Positions 12,222 to 21,888 of a stretch of 64,000 bases of DNA are shown here, piece after piece. Under the pieces are notes generated by a model, which was not told where the DNA came from, searched no databases, and saw only the letters and a list, made by a program, of their open reading frames with translations. Within the stretch, counting starts at the first letter, position 1, and the number at the start of each line of letters is the position of its first letter. Origin of the DNA: an uncultured delta proteobacterium (GTDB taxonomy: Bacteria > Myxococcota_A > Polyangia > Polyangiales > B10-G4); the NCBI GenBank assembly GCA_963727445.1, contig CAVSGI010000010.1, forward strand, positions 128,001-192,000. Direction: 5' to 3'. The translations under genes and the position numbers were made by a program.

Positions 12222-12739
12222 CGGACCCTCCTGCCGAAGTGACGGCTCACGACCTCGCGGGCCGCGTAGAGCCGGGAGTAGGCGGTCTGCAGGGGGCAGC
12301 CGACGGCTTCGGCGACCTGGGCCATGGTCAGCTCCTCGATCTCGTACAGGACGAAGACCGCCCGCTTGTCCTCGTCCAGGTCCTCGAGGGCGGCGTCGAG
12401 GAGGGCGCGGGCCTGCCGGCGGGCCAGGTCCTTGGCCTGGGGCGCCGATTCCCGGCCCTCGGGCACCCGATCCGTCACCTCTTCACGGCGCACCCGGGCG
12501 CGGCGGCGGTGATCGGAGGCTGTCCGGAGGCAGATCCCGTAGAGCCAGGTGGTGAGGCTGCTCCGCCCCTCGAACTCCGGGAGCTTGCGATGGACCACGA
12601 CGAAGACCTCCTGACAGAGGTCGGGCACGTCCGCCTCGGGGATCCCGAGCTTGCGGAGCACCCGCCACACGAAGGGGCCGTGCGCGCGGAAGACCGAAGC
12701 GAGGTCCGGCGCATGGGTGTCGGTCTGAGTCACGGTCAT
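12218..12739 (-). CDS. ECF-family RNA polymerase sigma factor
   Basis: Region 2 'DLCQEVFVVV...FEGRSSLTTWLYGI' and region 4 'RAVFVLYEIEELTMAQVAEAVGCPLQTAYSRL'. Confidence 0.93.
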   Translation of the reverse strand: MTVTQTDTHAPDLASVFRAHGPFVWRVLRKLGIPEADVPDLCQEVFVVVHRKLPEFEGRSSLTTWLYGICLRTASDHRRRARVRREEVTDRVPEGRESAPQAKDLARRQARALLDAALEDLDEDKRAVFVLYEIEELTMAQVAEAVGCPLQTAYSRLYAAREVVSRHFGRRVR

Positions 12740-12764
12740 GGGTGGGGACAGGGGGCGCAGCTTA

Positions 12765-13931
12765 TCAATCGAAAGCCCAACCGACCCCGAGATCGAAGAT
12801 CCCGCCGACGACTTCGGGCGTGTGGAGCGTCTGAGAGGTGCCCCCCACCGAGTAGACGTAGGGGTCGCTGCGCGGGTTGATCGAGAGGGTGGGGCGGGTC
12901 CAGACCACCAGCCCCTTCCACACGCGATAGGTCAGCCGCGCCCGCACCAACACGTGCCCCGCCACCGAGGTCTGCGTCGGGTCGACCGCGCCGTGCACGA
13001 GCTCGAAGCCCAGCTCCCCGCCCGCGCATCCCCTGAGGCCGAAGCCCCCGGCCGCGAGGCGCGGCGTACACACGAGGAGCCCGCCGAGCGCCGAGAGCCA
13101 GTTCGCATCTCCGCTCGTCGTCGACTGGGGCGAGTACGGATAGACCGAGCCCGTGATCTCGAAAGCGACGAGCCACGGCGTTTGCAAGACGACCGCCCCG
13201 AAACCGCCCACCGCCGGCTCGGGAAGCAGGCCGAGCCCGAGCCCGAGCCCGAGATCGATCTCGACGTTGAAGCGGGGCGCGTCCGCGTCAGCCTCCGTCC
13301 CCGTTCCCGTTCCCGTTCCCGCTCCCGTTCCCGTTCCCGTTCCCGCTCCCGTTCCCGTTCCCGTTCCCGTTCCCGCTCCCGCTCCCGTTCCCGTTCCCGT
13401 TCCCGTCTCCGTTCCCGTTCCCGTCCCCGTCTCCGTTCCCGTTCCCGTCTCCGTTCCCGTCCCCGTTCCCGTTCCCGTTCCCGTCTCCGTTCCCGTCCCC
13501 GTTTCCGTTCCCGTTCCCGTTCCCGCCTCCGCTTCGGCCGCCCCCTCCGGATCGATCATCACCGCCACCACGAACGCCACCGTCTCCGTCAGGTCGGCGC
13601 AGTCCGCGTCCTCGGTCGTCAGCTCGCGCTCCCCGAGGACCTCGCCGGCGGCGGTGGCGACCGCGAAGGTCGCGACGTAGCCGCCGTCCTCACGCGGGGC
13701 GACGCGGCCCTCGACGCTGAGGTCGGCGTCGCGAGGGGCCACGAAGACCTGGCGGCGAAGGCGGGTCTCCACGGCGCGGGCCAGGATCGGCGCGGTGGCG
13801 CAGCGCTCGGCGCCGGGGAGGCGCACCCAGCTCAGCGTGGAGGTTCGGGCGCCGTTTTCCGCGCTCTGCGCCGCCGCGCGACCCACGAGGGGCGCGAGCA
13901 GGAGCATGGCGGCGAGTCCCAGGCACCTCAT
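12765..13931 (-). CDS. Exported protein upstream of the ECF sigma, with a (GT/ET)n linker and beta-rich C-terminal domain
   Basis: Signal peptide, paired Cys, low-complexity linker, C-terminal 'DLGVGWAFD'. Confidence 0.7.
   Translation of the reverse strand: MRCLGLAAMLLLAPLVGRAAAQSAENGARTSTLSWVRLPGAERCATAPILARAVETRLRRQVFVAPRDADLSVEGRVAPREDGGYVATFAVATAAGEVLGERELTTEDADCADLTETVAFVVAVMIDPEGAAEAEAGTGTGTETGTGTETGTGTGTGTGTETGTGTETGTGTGTETGTGTGTGAGAGTGTGTGTGAGTGTGTGAGTGTGTGTEADADAPRFNVEIDLGLGLGLGLLPEPAVGGFGAVVLQTPWLVAFEITGSVYPYSPQSTTSGDANWLSALGGLLVCTPRLAAGGFGLRGCAGGELGFELVHGAVDPTQTSVAGHVLVRARLTYRVWKGLVVWTRPTLSINPRSDPYVYSVGGTSQTLHTPEVVGGIFDLGVGWAFD
13295..13525. repeat. Imperfect (GTTCCC/GTCTCC)n hexamer tandem repeat encoding (GT/ET)n
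   Basis: Directly visible tandem hexamers; boundaries approximate. Confidence 0.9.
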
Positions 13932-13988
13932 CGGGGCCCGGTGTAGCCGATTCGCCCCGGATGCGCTTCCCGACTACGATTGGGAGCG

Positions 13989-15972
13989 ATGGGTGAAACG
14001 CCCGAGAAGAAGAAGAAGCCACCGCGCTTGTCGATCCCGACACGTATCTTCCTCGGGTTTGCGCTCCTTCTCGTGGCTTTCGGCGGCGTCGCGGGGGCGA
14101 GCGTCGTGCAGCACGACCAGACCGCCGAGACCCTCCGCCTCCTTCACGACGGGTATCTACCGCTCACGCTCACCGTGGCGGAGGCCAAGGTCACCCAGGC
14201 CGTCTTCGGCACCGCCCTCGACCGCGTCGTCTCCGAGCGCGACCCCAGCGGCACGCGCAACTGGCTTCAAGCGGGCCGGCAGATCCGCCCGATGACGATC
14301 CGGCGCGCCCTCGACGGCGTCCGCCGTACCGAGGACCTCGAGGGCACCGAGGCCGACCGTCGTGCGCTGCGCTCGGTGCGCTCCTCCCTCGAGCAGGTCG
14401 CGATTCTCGTATCGCGAGTCGGACAGTCGCTACGACGAGCTCTTCACGGCCCTCGACGAACAGGACGGGGCGCGCGCAGAGGCGATCCTCGACCAGATCC
14501 GCGACTTCGAGCGACGTGGCTCGGCCCACTTGCGCGATGCCCGCGGTGTGCTCTCGGAGCGCATCGCCGTCCTCTCCGCCGAGGCCGAGGAGCGGGAGCG
14601 CCGCGCGGCGGTGCTCCTCGGCGCGCTCACGGTGCTCGGCCTGCTCCTCGGCGTCGGCGTGATCTTCGCCGCCCACCGCATGCTCTCCCCGCTTCCCCGC
14701 TTGATGGAGCGCGTCGCGGCCGTCGCCCGTGGTGATCTCTCCGCGAAGCTCGAGCCGCGCACAGACGACGAGCTGGGCCGGCTGGCGACCGAATTCGAGA
14801 ACATGGTCGAAGCGCTCGCGGCGCGCGACCAGCGGCTCCGAGAAGCCGCGGAGGCCGAGCTCCGTCTTCAGCGCATGCAGGAGCAGATCGTCACCAGCCT
14901 CTCGGCGGCGGTGTTGGTGATCGACGCCGAGGATCGCGTCGGCACCGTGAACCCGGCGGCCGCCCACGTACTTCGCATCGACGAGAGCGCTGTCGGCGAC
15001 ACGCTCGCGGCCTCCGGGCTCTTCGACGCGTTGCCGGCGCTCCAGAAGGCGGTGGCCGACGTGCGCGCCGGCGCCCCCCGTGCGGTCCTGTCGGCGGTCG
15101 CCGTGGGCGGCGGCGAGGACGTGGTGAACGCGCTGGTGACACCCTTCGGGAGCCCCGACGGCGAGCAGGGCGCGGTGCTGGTGGTGGCCGAGGACGTCAC
15201 GGAGGAGCTGAAGACCAAGGCGCGCCTGATCCACACCGAGCGCCTCGCCGCCATCGGGCGGATGGCGGCCCACGTCACCCACGAGGTGCGCAACCCCCTG
15301 TCGAGCATCGGGCTCAACGTGGAGATGCTGGAAGAGGAGCTCGAGGGGGCGGGGGCGGGCCCGGAGACCGTCGCCCTCATGCGCGCCATCACCCGAGAAG
15401 TGGATCGTCTCACCGGCATCACGGAGGAGTACCTGCGTCTGGCGCGCCTTCCCCAGCCGCGCCTCGAGCCCGAGGACATCGGGCACCTCGTCCGTTCGGT
15501 GACCTCGTTCGTCGCCCGAGAGATGGAGGGTAGCAGCGTGAAGCTCGAGGTGGAGGTCGAGGATGATCTGCCCTCGGTCGCGCTGGACGAGCAGCAGATG
15601 CGCCAGGCGCTCCTCAACCTCCTGCGCAACGCGCGAGAGGCCATGCCCGATGGCGGGCACGTTCGGGTGCGGGTGCGGCGCGACGGAACGAACGTGGTGC
15701 TCACCGTCCAGGACGAGGGCGAAGGCATCCCCGAGGCGCAGCGCGCCCGGATCTTCGACCTCTTCTACACGACGAAGGAACGGGGCACGGGCCTCGGCCT
15801 TCCGCTCACACGTCAGATCGTGGTAGCTCATGGCGGCCAGATCCGATGCGAGGGCGGCGACGACGGGGGCACGATCTTCGAGCTCGTGTTCCCGGCGGCG
15901 AAGGAGAGCGTGGTCGGTCACGCGGCTCCCGATGCGACCGACGCCGCGCCCGCCATCGGCCCCAGCGAGTGA
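13989..15972 (+). CDS. Membrane sensor histidine kinase (periplasmic helical sensor, HAMP, PAS, HisKA, HATPase), split by a one-base frameshift at about 14404
   Basis: Joins ORF 13980..14735 (TM1, sensor) to ORF 14362..15972 (TM2, HAMP, HEVRNPL, NLLRNA, DEGEG, GTGLGL). Reading GATTC at 14402-14406 as GATC gives a continuous ...EQVAISYRESD... Confidence 0.88.
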
Positions 15973-15993
15973 CGACTACTTGAGGAGAGCGAG

Positions 15994-16749
15994 ATGAGTC
16001 AGACGCGCCACGACGGCCGCGGCAGGGACGCCCTCAGGCCGGTGTCGATGAGCCTCGGCTTCCAGAAGTTTCCCGAGGGGTCGGTGATCTACGGCTCGGG
16101 AGAGACCAGGGTCCTCATCGCTGGGAGCATCAGCGAAGGCGTGCGTCCCTGGCTCGCGGGCAAGGGGCAGGGGTGGATCACCGCCGAGTACGCGATGCAT
16201 CCACGCTCGACACCCAATCGCCGCGAGCGCGATGGGCGCCGGGGACGGGTCGATGGCCGCGCGTCGGAGATCCAGCGCCTGATCGGCCGCTCGCTCCGGG
16301 CGGCGGTGCGAAACGAAAAGCTCGGCGAGCGCACGGTCACCGTCGACTGCGACGTCCTCGACGCGGACGGTGGCACGCGCACCGCCTCCATCACCGGCGG
16401 CTACGTCAGTCTGGTGATGTGCCTCGATCACCTGCGCAAGCGAGGCCTGGTGGAGCCGGGCGTCTTGCGCGAGCCCCTCGCTGCGGTGAGCGTCGGCCAC
16501 CACGAAGGGCGCGCCCTTTTGGATCTGGACTACGTGGAGGACTCGGCGTGCGACGTGGACCTCAACGTGGTCGCGACGGCGTCGGGGCGGATCGTCGAGG
16601 TCCAGGGCACGGCCGAGGGAGAGCCGATCCCCAAGGATCACTTCGACGAGATGCTCGAGCTGGCACTCGCGGGCATCGCTCAGCTGATCGACGCGCAGAA
16701 GAAGACGTTGGCCGAAGCCGGCGTGGCGTGGGAGCGCCTCCTCGCATGA
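15994..16749 (+). CDS. rph: Ribonuclease PH
   Basis: R.DGR...LRP, GWITAEYAMHPRST, EIQRLIGRSLR, DADGGTRTASITG, LDLDY.EDS..DVDLNVV, EVQGTAE. Confidence 0.96.
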   Translation: MSQTRHDGRGRDALRPVSMSLGFQKFPEGSVIYGSGETRVLIAGSISEGVRPWLAGKGQGWITAEYAMHPRSTPNRRERDGRRGRVDGRASEIQRLIGRSLRAAVRNEKLGERTVTVDCDVLDADGGTRTASITGGYVSLVMCLDHLRKRGLVEPGVLREPLAAVSVGHHEGRALLDLDYVEDSACDVDLNVVATASGRIVEVQGTAEGEPIPKDHFDEMLELALAGIAQLIDAQKKTLAEAGVAWERLLA

Positions 16750-17363
16750 CGAAGCTCCTCGTCGCCAGCAACAACCCGAAGAAGCTCGTCGAGCTGCGGC
16801 GGATCTTCGAAGCGGTGCCCGGCCTGTCGGTGGTGGGCCCCGAGGAGGTGGGCCCGCTCCCCGACGTCGTCGAGGACGGCGACACCTTCGCCCACAATGC
16901 GAAGAAGAAGGCGCGCGAGATGGCGCGCGACAAGGGCATGATGACCATCGCCGACGACAGCGGCCTCGAGGTGGACGCGCTCGGCGGCGCACCCGGCGTG
17001 TACTCGGCGCGTTACGCTGACGGCGGCGGCGATCAGGCGAACAACGAAAAGCTCCTGCGCCAGCTCGAAGGTGTGCCCGACGAAGAGCGCACCGCGCGCT
17101 TTCGCTGCGTCCTCGCCATCGCCGATCCCGGCGGCCCGCTGGGCGATGCAGAGCACGTGGCGGCGGGCGCGGTCGAGGGGCGCATCGGCCACGCGCCGCA
17201 GGGCGATGGCGGCTTCGGCTACGACCCGCTCTTCCTCCCCGAGGGGCACGAGGTCACGATGGCGGAGCTGTCGCCCGAGCAGAAGGACGCCATCAGCCAC
17301 CGCGCCCGGGCCGCACGGGCCATCCTCCCATTCCTCCGCGAGTACTGCGGAAATCGTCGCTGA
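16746..17363 (+). CDS. rdgB: Non-canonical purine NTP pyrophosphatase (RdgB/HAM1)
   Basis: ATG 16746 overlaps the rph stop. ASNNPKKLVE, ADDSGLEVDALGGAPGVYSARY, GFGYDPLF, ISHR. Confidence 0.95.
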   Translation: MTKLLVASNNPKKLVELRRIFEAVPGLSVVGPEEVGPLPDVVEDGDTFAHNAKKKAREMARDKGMMTIADDSGLEVDALGGAPGVYSARYADGGGDQANNEKLLRQLEGVPDEERTARFRCVLAIADPGGPLGDAEHVAAGAVEGRIGHAPQGDGGFGYDPLFLPEGHEVTMAELSPEQKDAISHRARAARAILPFLREYCGNRR

Positions 17364-17416
17364 TGCCGGTTCGTGGAGAAGCCGCGCGAATGAGGCTAGA
17401 ATTCGCGAGCTTCCCC

Positions 17417-18508
17417 ATGCGGTCGCCCCTCTTCTTTTTCTTGTCGTTCGTGACGGCGCTCGTCCTCGGGATGGGCTGCAAGGTCTACGACCCCTCGCTG
17501 GTGGACAGCGGCACGAGTGGTGCTTGCGGCGTCGTGCCTCCGCCTCGACCCGTCAACAACGACGACACGAACATCGGTGAGGTCGGCTTCGCCCTCAAGC
17601 AGGTGCAGCTCGACCAGGGGCCGCGTTGGCGCAACATCGGCTACGACCTCGACGGGGTGTGCACCACGGCGCCCGAGCTCGAATCGCCCTGCATGCCGCC
17701 GAGCGGCCGGGCGGCGCCTGAAGATGGTGACCAGGGACGCGACAACGTCTTCGGCCAGTCGATCTATCCCACGGTTCGCATCGCCGTGGGGGATCTCGAG
17801 GCTTCCTCGCAGGCCTACATGGAAAACGGACAGGGGGGCATCTTCCTCCGCATCCACGAATACAACGGTCTCGACAACGACGACCGGGTCATCGTCACCA
17901 TGTCGGTCACGGTCTTCGGCACCACCGCCGAGGCGGCGCCATCGGTCACCTTCGCCACGGACGGCACGCCGATGGTCCCGCCCATGGGCGACTATCCGCC
18001 ACCGCCTGCGTGGACCAGCGCCGGGACCGACGTGTTCTGGGGGCGCACCGACAACTTCGTCGGCGGCGACCAGGCGAACCCGCTGATCTTCGACGACAAC
18101 GCCTACGTCGCCGATGGGCTGCTCGTGGCGCGTCTACCCGACCGCAGCGACGTGATCTTCCCCGGGATGGACGCGGGCGTGCGCGCGCGCCTCACGGGTG
18201 CGGTGCTGGTGGGCCGCATCAGCGAGGACCTCACCCAGCTTCAGGACGTCACGGTCGCGGGGAGGTGGGCGCTCACCGATCTGCTCGACACCGCCGCTTC
18301 GGTGGGCGCGTGCCCGGGCTCGGAGAACCTGAACACGCTGACCAATCTGCTCAACGACGTCGCCGACGTTCGTTCGATGGCGGGGACCGGTGGGCCGGGC
18401 GTGTCGTGCAACGCGATCAGCCTCGGCGTGGTGTTTCAGGGGTACCTCGCGCGCTGGGGCGGCATCACCGACGGGCCGCCCCTCGCCAATGCCTGCTCGA
18501 TGATGTGA
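17417..18508 (+). CDS. Hypothetical lipoprotein
   Basis: Signal peptide with 'LGMGC', paired Cys, 'GYDLDGVCT', 'DGDQGRDN' motifs. Start may be further upstream (17363 or 17390). Confidence 0.7.
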   Translation: MRSPLFFFLSFVTALVLGMGCKVYDPSLVDSGTSGACGVVPPPRPVNNDDTNIGEVGFALKQVQLDQGPRWRNIGYDLDGVCTTAPELESPCMPPSGRAAPEDGDQGRDNVFGQSIYPTVRIAVGDLEASSQAYMENGQGGIFLRIHEYNGLDNDDRVIVTMSVTVFGTTAEAAPSVTFATDGTPMVPPMGDYPPPPAWTSAGTDVFWGRTDNFVGGDQANPLIFDDNAYVADGLLVARLPDRSDVIFPGMDAGVRARLTGAVLVGRISEDLTQLQDVTVAGRWALTDLLDTAASVGACPGSENLNTLTNLLNDVADVRSMAGTGGPGVSCNAISLGVVFQGYLARWGGITDGPPLANACSMM

Positions 18509-18515
18509 CCGAGCC

Positions 18516-19307
18516 TCAGCCGACGAGCGCGTGCGCTGCCTCGCCGACGAGGATCTGAAGCGCGACCAGGAAGAGGAGCGCGCGCGCGAGGAAGACGAAG
18601 CGATCCGAGGAGAGCTTCGACAAGAGGCGCTTGCCGAGCACGGTTCCGATGACCACCGCGACCATCATGAGGGCGAGGGGCAGCGCATAGGCCCCGTAGT
18701 CGAAAGAGAGCGCGAGCCCGAAGAGAGGGATCTTCAGGAAGTGACTGACGCCCTGGATGGCGCTCTTGGTGGCGACGTGCTCCTCCTTGAGCACACCGGT
18801 GCCCAGGAGCGTCTGGGTGACGATGGGTCCGGTGGAGCCGACGAGGATGCCGAGGGCACCGACCAACGAGCCCATGCCGGCGTAGAGCAGGGTGTGGGAC
18901 TTTCGCCGCCCGTCATCCTGCGTGCTGCCCGTTTCGTTCGCGGCCCTCTTCTTCTTTGCCGGGGCCAGGAGGCTCAGCAGGATCGCGGTGGCGATCAACG
19001 CCTTGAGCATGCCGGGTGAGATCGAGGCGATCCACGCCACCAGCGCGAGGCCGAGGAAGGAGCCCGGCACGAGCCCCGCGAGGAAGCGCCACGCCACGTC
19101 CCAGCGAATGTCCTTGCGGAAGCTGGCGATGCGCGCGCCGCAGGCCGAGAGCTGAACGGCGCCATGCAGGGGCACCACCGCCGTGGAGGGCACGACCACC
19201 AGCAGGCCGGAGAGCAGGATCACCCCGCCAGCGACGCCGGTGACCGCCGAGAGGGCCGCGGCGGCCAGGGCGAGGGCGACGAGCGCGCCACAAGCAGCGG
19301 CGCCCAT
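18516..19307 (-). CDS. TauE/SafE (sulfite exporter) family membrane protein
   Basis: About eight hydrophobic segments with two internally repeated G..G.GG-type motifs. Confidence 0.8.
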   Translation of the reverse strand: MGAAACGALVALALAAAALSAVTGVAGGVILLSGLLVVVPSTAVVPLHGAVQLSACGARIASFRKDIRWDVAWRFLAGLVPGSFLGLALVAWIASISPGMLKALIATAILLSLLAPAKKKRAANETGSTQDDGRRKSHTLLYAGMGSLVGALGILVGSTGPIVTQTLLGTGVLKEEHVATKSAIQGVSHFLKIPLFGLALSFDYGAYALPLALMMVAVVIGTVLGKRLLSKLSSDRFVFLARALLFLVALQILVGEAAHALVG

Positions 19308-19310
19308 GGC

Positions 19311-20418
19311 TCAGGACCCCGTGGCGAGGAGGCGCGCCTCGGCGAAGTCGGAGAGGTACACCATGTGGGCCATCTCGAGCTCGCGCTTCATCTCGAGCGC
19401 GATCTCGAATCCAGCGCGGGTAGTGCGCCGAGAAATGCTCGGCGTGTCCTTCGCGCTCGAGGGAGGGCATCGACACGCGGTGCGCGCGCCCGAGCTGCGA
19501 TGCGACGGAGAAGCAGAGGTCGACCTGTTGCATGTCCTCGAGAGGACGCTTGAGCTTGAGGCTCTGCGTCGGGATCTCGCGGCACCAGTAGTCTTTGCCG
19601 CCGAAGCTCGCCCAACCCGGGCGTATCTCCCACCCGGGCGCGTGGAGCTCGCCGGCCTCGACCATGCGGCGTCCGTTGTGCTCGAAGGGATTGAAGAAGA
19701 ACGAGCAGTCGCGCTCGTCGTAGGTCTCCTTGACGTCGATCAGGCGCTGATCCTCGGAGCGGTCGAGAGGCGTCAGCAGCATCAGCGTGTGTAGCTTGCC
19801 CATGCTGCCGGGCACCTCGGCGGCGGCCTCGACGCGATGCGTGTCCAGAACCTCGAGCTCGTCACGGCTCTCGAGATAGCTGCGCAGCATCCCGCGGACG
19901 CGCGAAAGCTCCGTGTCGATGGCGTACTTCGACAGGCGCGCGCCCCAGCGCTTCTTCGAGCGCACGTATGCGCGCGTCGAGCGCTGCCATTTCTTCGGGG
20001 GCTTGTCCTTGAGCTTGACCATCTCTTCGTGACCGAGCCCGCTCAGCCCGAAGAGATAGCCGCGACGGAAGCTGTCGAGGACCACGGGGTGCAGGAACGC
20101 GCCGTCGGGACGCGCGCGCTTGAGCGACACGCTGATCAGAAAGCGCACCACGTCGTAGGCGTAAGGGCCGAAGCGCGCGCGATCGAAATCGACCATCGCG
20201 GCGCCGGCCTGAGTCTTCGCGTAGTTGTCGAGGTGAGGATTGCCGTGGATGAAGGCGACGGGGATCGCCGCGGCGTCCGCCAGCTCACAGAATCGCCGCT
20301 GCATTTCTTGCGTCGACATCCGGAAGAAGCGGTGGAGGCCATTCTGTGAGTGAGCACAGGCCTCTTTCAAGCTGGGCGAATCTTTTTGCGAATCTCTATG
20401 GAATGGATGAAGGGTCAT
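19311..20418 (-). CDS. DUF2252-like kinase-fold protein, split by a one-base frameshift at about 19409
   Basis: 'LHRFFR', 'IHGNPHLDNY', 'VDFD.A..GPYAYDVVRF', 'LGRAH'. Removing one base from GAATC at 19407-19411 gives ...WIEIALEMKRELEMAH...ATGS* ending at 19311, just before the TauE start. Confidence 0.7.
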
Positions 20419-20455
20419 GCCCCCGTCACCTTTCTGGATCTCGTCAGACACTTGT

Positions 20456-20473
20456 CTGTCACACAAATGTCAC
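20456..20473 (+). promoter_or_regulatory. Pho-box-like direct repeat CTGTCAC-ACAA-ATGTCAC
   Basis: TGTCAC at 20457 and 20468 (11-bp period) in an AT-rich intergenic stretch; close to the PhoB consensus. Confidence 0.4.
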
Positions 20474-20697
20474 CCAGCGACGGGGCAAGGTCAAGATCTC
20501 AATGTTTTTTGACTTCCATTCGAAATCATTGAAGAAAGCAGGCGCAGCGAGGAGAGCCGCCCGAAAATTCTGAGGCTTTGGGGGCACCGAGTCGGCGCGT
20601 CGGGTCGCGGCGGTCACGCCGCGTCACAGAGACGCGTTGTCCTCGAGGGGTCACGAACCGGGCGAGCGAGGTGGGTCGGTCGCGCGCATGGCGGCGG

Positions 20698-20725
20698 TTG
20701 ACCCCTCGAAACCCTTGGCTATCTT
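20698..20725 (+). promoter_or_regulatory. Candidate sigma70 promoter for the tRNA pair
   Basis: TTGACC-N16-TATCTT ending about 10 nt before tRNA-Pro. Confidence 0.5.
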
Positions 20726-20734
20726 CCCCCGACT

Positions 20735-20808
20735 CGGGGTGTAGCACAGCCTGGTAGTGCGCAAGCTTTGGGAGCTTGAGGTCGCGGGTTCGAATCCCGC
20801 CGCCCCGA
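20735..20808 (+). tRNA. tRNA-Pro(TGG)
   Basis: Acceptor CGGGGTG/CGCCCCG, D-loop TGGTA, anticodon arm CAAGC-TTTGGGA-GCTTG, T-loop GGTTCGAATCC. Full CCA not encoded. Confidence 0.95.
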
Positions 20809-20839
20809 CCGGATCGCATCGCGACGACGACGCGAACGA

Positions 20840-20916
20840 GCGCCCGTAGCTCAGCTGGATAGAGCAGCGGCCTTCTAAGCCGACGGTCGGGGGTTCAAGT
20901 CCTCCCGGGCGCGCCA
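20840..20916 (+). tRNA. tRNA-Arg(TCT)
   Basis: Acceptor GCGCCCG/CGGGCGC, anticodon loop CTTCTAA, T-loop GGTTCAAGTCC, encoded CCA. Confidence 0.95.
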
Positions 20917-20926
20917 GATCGCGCGG

Positions 20927-20950
20927 TTCACTTTCCCCGGGGAGAGTGGA
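20927..20950 (+). terminator. Hairpin just after the tRNA pair (possible terminator or processing stem)
   Basis: TTCACTTTCC-CCGG-GGAGAGTGGA pairs with G-U allowed. No U-tract follows. Confidence 0.35.
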
Positions 20951-21098
20951 TACGCGTGGCGTGAGAGCTTCGCCGCTCGCCATTCGGTCCGTGGCGGATC
21001 GCCACGAACGGCTCAATTGCGACACGCCCGTAGGCGTGATCTCGGGCGTCTCTCGTCGGATCCGGCGGCTGGCATCGTCGTTGCGTTCATCCGATGCG

Positions 21099-21303
21099 AT
21101 GAATCGAACGAACAAGAGGCGCTGCCTCTGGGTGCTGCCCCTCGCGCTCGTCTTCGGGTGTGCGGCGGCGGGTGGGTGCCGAGATGTACGGGACGACCGT
21201 CGCGCATGCCTTCGACGTGGTGATCACGGCGGAGAAGAGCGCGGATCCGATCTCGCCGAGTGACAACGTCGTGGCCGAACAATCGGTGCGCATGGGCAGC
21301 TGA
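21099..21303 (+). CDS. Small exported protein or lipoprotein, probably frameshifted by an extra G at about 21175
   Basis: MNRTNKRRCLWVLPLALVFGC signal. Removing one G gives ...GGAEMYGTTVAHAFDVVITAEKSADPISPSDNVVAEQSVRMGS*, ending just before the next gene's RBS. Confidence 0.45.
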
Positions 21304-21321
21304 CGACGAAAGGAACACGAC

Positions 21322-21840
21322 ATGAAAACGCTGACACTCATTTTCGCGCTCTCCCTGCTTCACTGTGGTGGTAGCGCTGACACGCGATCACAAACCACGG
21401 TCCAGACGCCTCGCGACGCTCACGCCTCGCTGCACGAAGGCCAGCCCTATCGCGCGGACCCGCGGCTCAACGTCTACGTCCAGGGCCCCGACCCCGAGGA
21501 CTACACGACGAATCCCGGGATGGTGGACGAGTACGGCATGGACGTGGTGGTCACCAACACCGGCAACGCGCCCGTCCTGCTCGACAACACCCAGGTCTGG
21601 TTCGATGTCTGGAAGGGCAACCGCGAGATCGAGTGCCCCGTCGACGACAACAAGCAGCTCGTCCGCACGCCGGCCGAGTTGGCCCCAGGCCATGCCTTCA
21701 CCTTCCACGCCGACGCGATCTGCACACTCCCCACGCCCGGTGAGTACGAGGTCCGCGCCTACATGAACATCGGCGCCGAGGAGCCGACCCAGCACCTCGA
21801 GGACCACTACGTCGGGCGCTATTTCGTCCGGCGAAGGTAG
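21322..21840 (+). CDS. Hypothetical lipoprotein with an Ig-like beta-sandwich
   Basis: AAGGA RBS, signal ending LLHC, 'VVVTNTGNAPV', 'L.PG..F', 'PGEYEVRA'. Confidence 0.75.
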   Translation: MKTLTLIFALSLLHCGGSADTRSQTTVQTPRDAHASLHEGQPYRADPRLNVYVQGPDPEDYTTNPGMVDEYGMDVVVTNTGNAPVLLDNTQVWFDVWKGNREIECPVDDNKQLVRTPAELAPGHAFTFHADAICTLPTPGEYEVRAYMNIGAEEPTQHLEDHYVGRYFVRRR

Positions 21841-21888
21841 TCGCGACAGGCGGTATCCTCTTTCGCGGCGCGCGCATATCCTCCCCGC

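Noticed and set aside
12738..13946. ORF with a long (RS)n tract resembling an SR protein, and the ET-rich ORF 11669..12880
   Set aside because: Both are alternative-frame readings of hexamer repeats inside genes on the opposite strand.
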